Shown here: one piece after another, positions 59,660 to 64,000 of the stretch
Numbering within the stretch: the stretch's first letter is position 1
Layout: every line of letters begins with the position of its first letter
Source of the DNA: Chrysomallon squamiferum
Taxonomy: Eukaryota > Animalia > Mollusca
Assembly (NCBI GenBank): GCA_012295275.1
Contig: CM022667.1
Span: forward strand, 2,294,001 to 2,358,000
Reading direction: 5' to 3'
Length of the DNA: 64,000 nt
The notes under the pieces: generated by a model
Database searches by the model: none
Told to the model about the DNA's origin: nothing
What the model saw: the letters and a program-made list of their open reading frames with translations, nothing else
Made by a program: the position numbers and the translations under genes

Positions 59660-59870
59660 TTTTAGATGAAGCGGATCGTCCGATCGATCCCTCATAGCGG
59701 ACCCAGTGAGCTATTTTTCGATCTAGTCTGTGCTCCACACCGGATATATATATACAACACAGCCAAAGATCTGTACTATCCTGTCTGCGATTTGTACATA
59801 GAAAACGGTTCCTTGTTACTAATTCTAAGGGATAGTCCATAAACCAGCAGACTTCCTTTCTTGTTATGAA
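59660..59870 (+). mobile_element. Degenerate tRNA-derived SINE-like fragment
   Basis: B-box-like GATCGATCCC followed by ggacccagtgagctattt...ctatcctgtctg...ccttgttactaat, resembling from memory a gastropod SINE family; not database-verified. Confidence 0.5.
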
Positions 59871-60113
59871 AGGTCTGTAGCTATAGTAATATATGTCCGA
59901 GGCTATATCATTGTGCAACAATAATGTTACAACAACGGTTTATTTTTAATTTTGTATACGTTATAAATATGCTGGATTTTTGTTGTTGTTAAATATTTTT
60001 TAAATGATTGTTTTAGTTATTTCTTTGCTGACAGTTTATGGGATGACCTAGTGATGATAATGTATGGAGGCTGCCATTTTTACTTTTTGTTGTTGCTGAT
60101 GTTTTGTTTTTGG

Positions 60114-60115
60114 AT

Positions 60116-60186
<71 letters not shown>

Positions 60187-60187
60187 T
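60114..60187. repeat. (TTTA)n microsatellite
   Basis: Direct. Confidence 0.95.
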
Positions 60188-60390
60188 GTGTTTATATATT
60201 TATGTATTTATTTATTTATGTATTTATTCATTTCATTTTTTAATCATATTATGTAATATGTCCGGCCATCTGTTATCAGTTTAGACACACGGACGTACAT
60301 AAACACGATACATACATACAGACTTACACATACATACAAACACATACCTATCTATCTATCTATCTATCTATATATTAATATATCAATATC

Positions 60391-60427
<37 letters not shown>

Positions 60428-61058
60428 GAATGTCTACGAAGTATGTATGACTCAGTATACCCTACATTAAATAGAACATCAGCATTTACCCATTAAGTAA
60501 ACAGATGCCTACACTAATACAACAAACATAGACCAGTACATAAATAACTCTGTACAATACGGGGACAGGAAACTTGAAGAAAAAAAAAAATTGTATTAAA
60601 CGCACTATGCAATACATATATTAAAAGGTTTATTAAAAAAAAATTTTTTTTTTTTTATAGTAAACACGGATACTGACTGTCGCTCGTTGTAAAACATTAA
60701 TACGTGTACACTTTCGTATGTGTCTGTGTATACCTGCATTGTAGCACGCTCTAATATTACCGGTACGTCCCAGTCCTGTTCTCTTTCGTTCATTGATAAA
60801 GTTGAGTTTCTAGGTTAATGGTTCATATCTAAGTTACAGTAGGCTTTGATTTACTACTCCAAACCTGAGGTGAAGAAGGCTGGTGTAAACACGTTTGCGT
60901 GTGTTAACTAGCGCCCCATGTTAGCTTATGTGTAAAGGAGAGAGAGAAAGAAATAGGAAGGAAATCGGAGAAAAAGAAATAAAAATCAAGAATTATATAA
61001 TAATAATAATAGCAACAAAAACAATAATAACATTAACAGCAATAATAACAAAACGATA

Positions 61059-61097
<39 letters not shown>

Positions 61098-61789
61098 TAT
61101 TATACACTGGTGGGGCGATTATCGAAGCAAAATGTTCGTGTGTGTGTGTGTGTGTGTGTGTTTATGTGTGTGTGCGTGCGTGTATGGGGTCGAATGTAGG
61201 ATGTTTCGGCCAGATACAGTTATTTTATCAGCCAACGTTTTTCATTTTGAGAAAATATGAAAATCATTGCAGCTTTAAAACCATTTAGTTTTTAGCACAA
61301 TATTTAAACATTTTCAGTTTTCAATTTTCAATACGTATATATCAGCCCATGCACAAGTTTAAGTCCTAGTTTTAGGGTTGACCATTTTGGGTTGACAGCC
61401 CAGAGGAATTCAGAAATAAATCTGCAACCTCAGAGATACGGAGTCAGTTAAAGGTATCTGGCCAAGATCCCCGTGACATCGGTACACCTGAGATTTATTT
61501 TATCTCACCTGTAGACCACTGTCGTCAGATTTGCATTAAACAGAGTTCTTGTTGTGCCTGTGTAGGCGAAATGTAAACATTTGTGAACGTGCAGTGTGAA
61601 TGGTTTAACACTGCGCTGTGTTAGTATCCACAGACTGATCTGAAACAAGACCTGAATACATCATCTACAGTAAATATATTCATCTATTTGTTAAGCTTTT
61701 AATCTATGTATTATTAGAGACTAACACTAGTTTTACCATGTATGTCTTTCTGTCTGTCTGTCTGTCTGTCCGTCTATCTATCTATGTGT

Positions 61790-61825
61790 CTATGTGTGTC
61801 TGTGTGTTTATATATATATATACAC

Positions 61826-61864
<39 letters not shown>

Positions 61865-62004
61865 GAGATGAAAAGAGATAACTGTGTGTCTGTGTGCGTG
61901 TGTGAATGTGTGTGAGTGTAGGTGTAGGGGTGTGTGTGTGTGTTTGACAGTGTGTGTGTGTCTCTGTGTGTGAGTGTAAAAAGAGATGTGTGTGTGTGTG
62001 TGTT

Positions 62005-62052
<48 letters not shown>

Positions 62053-62205
62053 TGTGTGTGTGAGTGTAGGTGTAGGTGTAGGTGTATGTGTGTATGAGTG
62101 TGTGTGTGTGAGTGTGTGTGTATGTGTGTGAGAGAGAGTGTTGGTGTAGGTGTGTGTATGTGTGTGTGTGTATGTGTGTGTGTATGTGTGTAGGTGTGTG
62201 TGTGT
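61790..62205. repeat. Degenerate (GA)/(TG) compound microsatellite
   Basis: Direct. Confidence 0.9.
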
Positions 62206-62512
62206 TAAAAACAGAAATTGACAGATTGTTATCTGTCCATCGACCATTTCTATCTGAATTTATATCAGTATAATAAATGGATGGATCAATGGATGGGGAG
62301 GGTGATGAATCGAAGGATCGATGATGAGTCCATAGATGATAGATTGATGGATAGATAAAAACTTTTCATAACGAGACAAGAATACGATTCAGTCATTCAT
62401 GTGAGTGTATTTTAAAAAAGAGAAAAACAGGGGAAAAAAATCTGGAAAATAAAAGCGATATAGTTCGAAAAAGGAAAAGCAAAAAAATAAGAAAAAGCAT
62501 GTAAATAAATAA

Positions 62513-62561
<49 letters not shown>

Positions 62562-63673
62562 CAAAACAAAAAATAAAAATTAATAATAATGCTGTTAAAA
62601 AATGTTAGACAAAATTCTAGTAAATAAATAAATAACTAAATAACTAAATAAATAAAATCCCTCCAAATGCTGACGTTTATAATGTTTTTAAATCAGTGAC
62701 TTTTAAAAATGAAAATAGAGAGAACTATTCAGTTCGGTCTGGAACCCCCCCCCCCACCGCCGTTCCTAGGTAAAAACCGATTAACACAAACAGAGGTATG
62801 TATCCTAAAGAAAAGTATAATTGTATAAAAGATCATTTGATATCAGGTGATGATTCGTTCATGATCTAATACTGAAACCTTTCCACGAACACAAGCACGC
62901 AGATGCTCACACCAAATACGCAAGTACGCACGCACGCACGCACGCACGCACGTACAACACGCACAAATTGTTAATTCATAGATGGCGAAATAATCGATGT
63001 GCTTTGTGATTATCGATTTTGTGGAGGCGGGCAATATTGAGTTTATTTAACGCCATCAGTAATTTCTTGAAAATGTCTTCGAGGAAGGGGCGACGCATGC
63101 CATTTCCTAAATCACAAACACAATTGTGTTTGCATTTCGGGCAAAGCAGCGAATAATGGCGACAAATACACTCAGAGAACGTAATGAGATGTAATAATAG
63201 AAAACAGCTACGCTAATTATATGCTTAATAGTTTTTGTTATTCGCCGGTTTTTACGTGGGGAAAAATAATAATAATGGTCAGTTCTGTTGTGTCTTAGAC
63301 GGATTTAGGAGAACCGGAACTGCATTCTCTAAAAGGACGACAGAAAGAGAAAAAAAAAAAGAGAAAAAATAGAAAGAAAAAAAATGTCAGATGGTCTTTC
63401 AATGTCACCTGGTCACGTGACAAGAAGTCATTTAGTTATATGTTTGTAATTCCGTATCTGATTAAACGATATATGAAATTAGTGGGGGCGGATAATTTGC
63501 GTCTCGCTCTGTCTGTTATTATTATTATTATTGTTGTTGTTGTTTATATTATACAGTGAGCGTAGAGTTTGTATTCCACACACGTAACACACACAAAAGA
63601 GTAAATGTATCAAATATGTACGCCTAACTTGGTGAGACCAAAAGTTCATTCTGTTAGGTTTCTCTCTATCTTT

Positions 63674-63774
<101 letters not shown>

Positions 63775-64000
63775 CCTCCCTTTCGTCATTTATTTTTTCA
63801 TATTACGTTCAAACATGGTCTGATTGAACACTGCACTGAAATGTAATTGGTGAAAAACAAAAATCAGTTAGCTAGACTTCCGTGAAAAAAATTATTTCTT
63901 TCCCACGTGTAATTTTTTTTTTTTCTCACCTTTCTTTTGTTTCCTGTCTCGCTGTAAGATTTGACTAATTTGAAACAAACTAAATCAGCCTTGTTAACTA

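Overview
AT-rich, microsatellite-dense, intron-containing animal DNA, most consistent with a mollusc (probably a gastropod; this is an inference from the repeat landscape and a SINE-like fragment). Spliced gene models were read by hand. (1) SNX20/21-like PX + helical-repeat gene (-, 3 exons), head-to-head with (2) an intronless BTB/AT-hook/C2H2 zinc-finger gene (+) that is split by a single +1 frameshift. (3) A six-coding-exon CYP2-clan cytochrome P450 (-) with two TGAAGGTCA nuclear-receptor sites upstream. (4) A 13-14 exon uncharacterised coiled-coil gene (-). (5) A tandem duplication of an intronless-CDS fusion of hydantoinase A/oxoprolinase with DUF917 (+). Copy 1 has a 1-bp insertion near the start; copy 2 has a 90-bp in-frame deletion and changes in conserved motifs; the duplication is bounded by (ATT)n tracts. 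(6) A small secreted single laminin-G-domain gene (-, 5 exons). Best leads: the hydantoinase-DUF917 fusion as a candidate animal thio-histidine (ergothioneine/ovothiol-type) or hydantoin catabolic enzyme, the BTB-ZF frameshift, and recurrent intronic 'echo' copies of exon junctions. Several frameshifts may simply be assembly indel errors.
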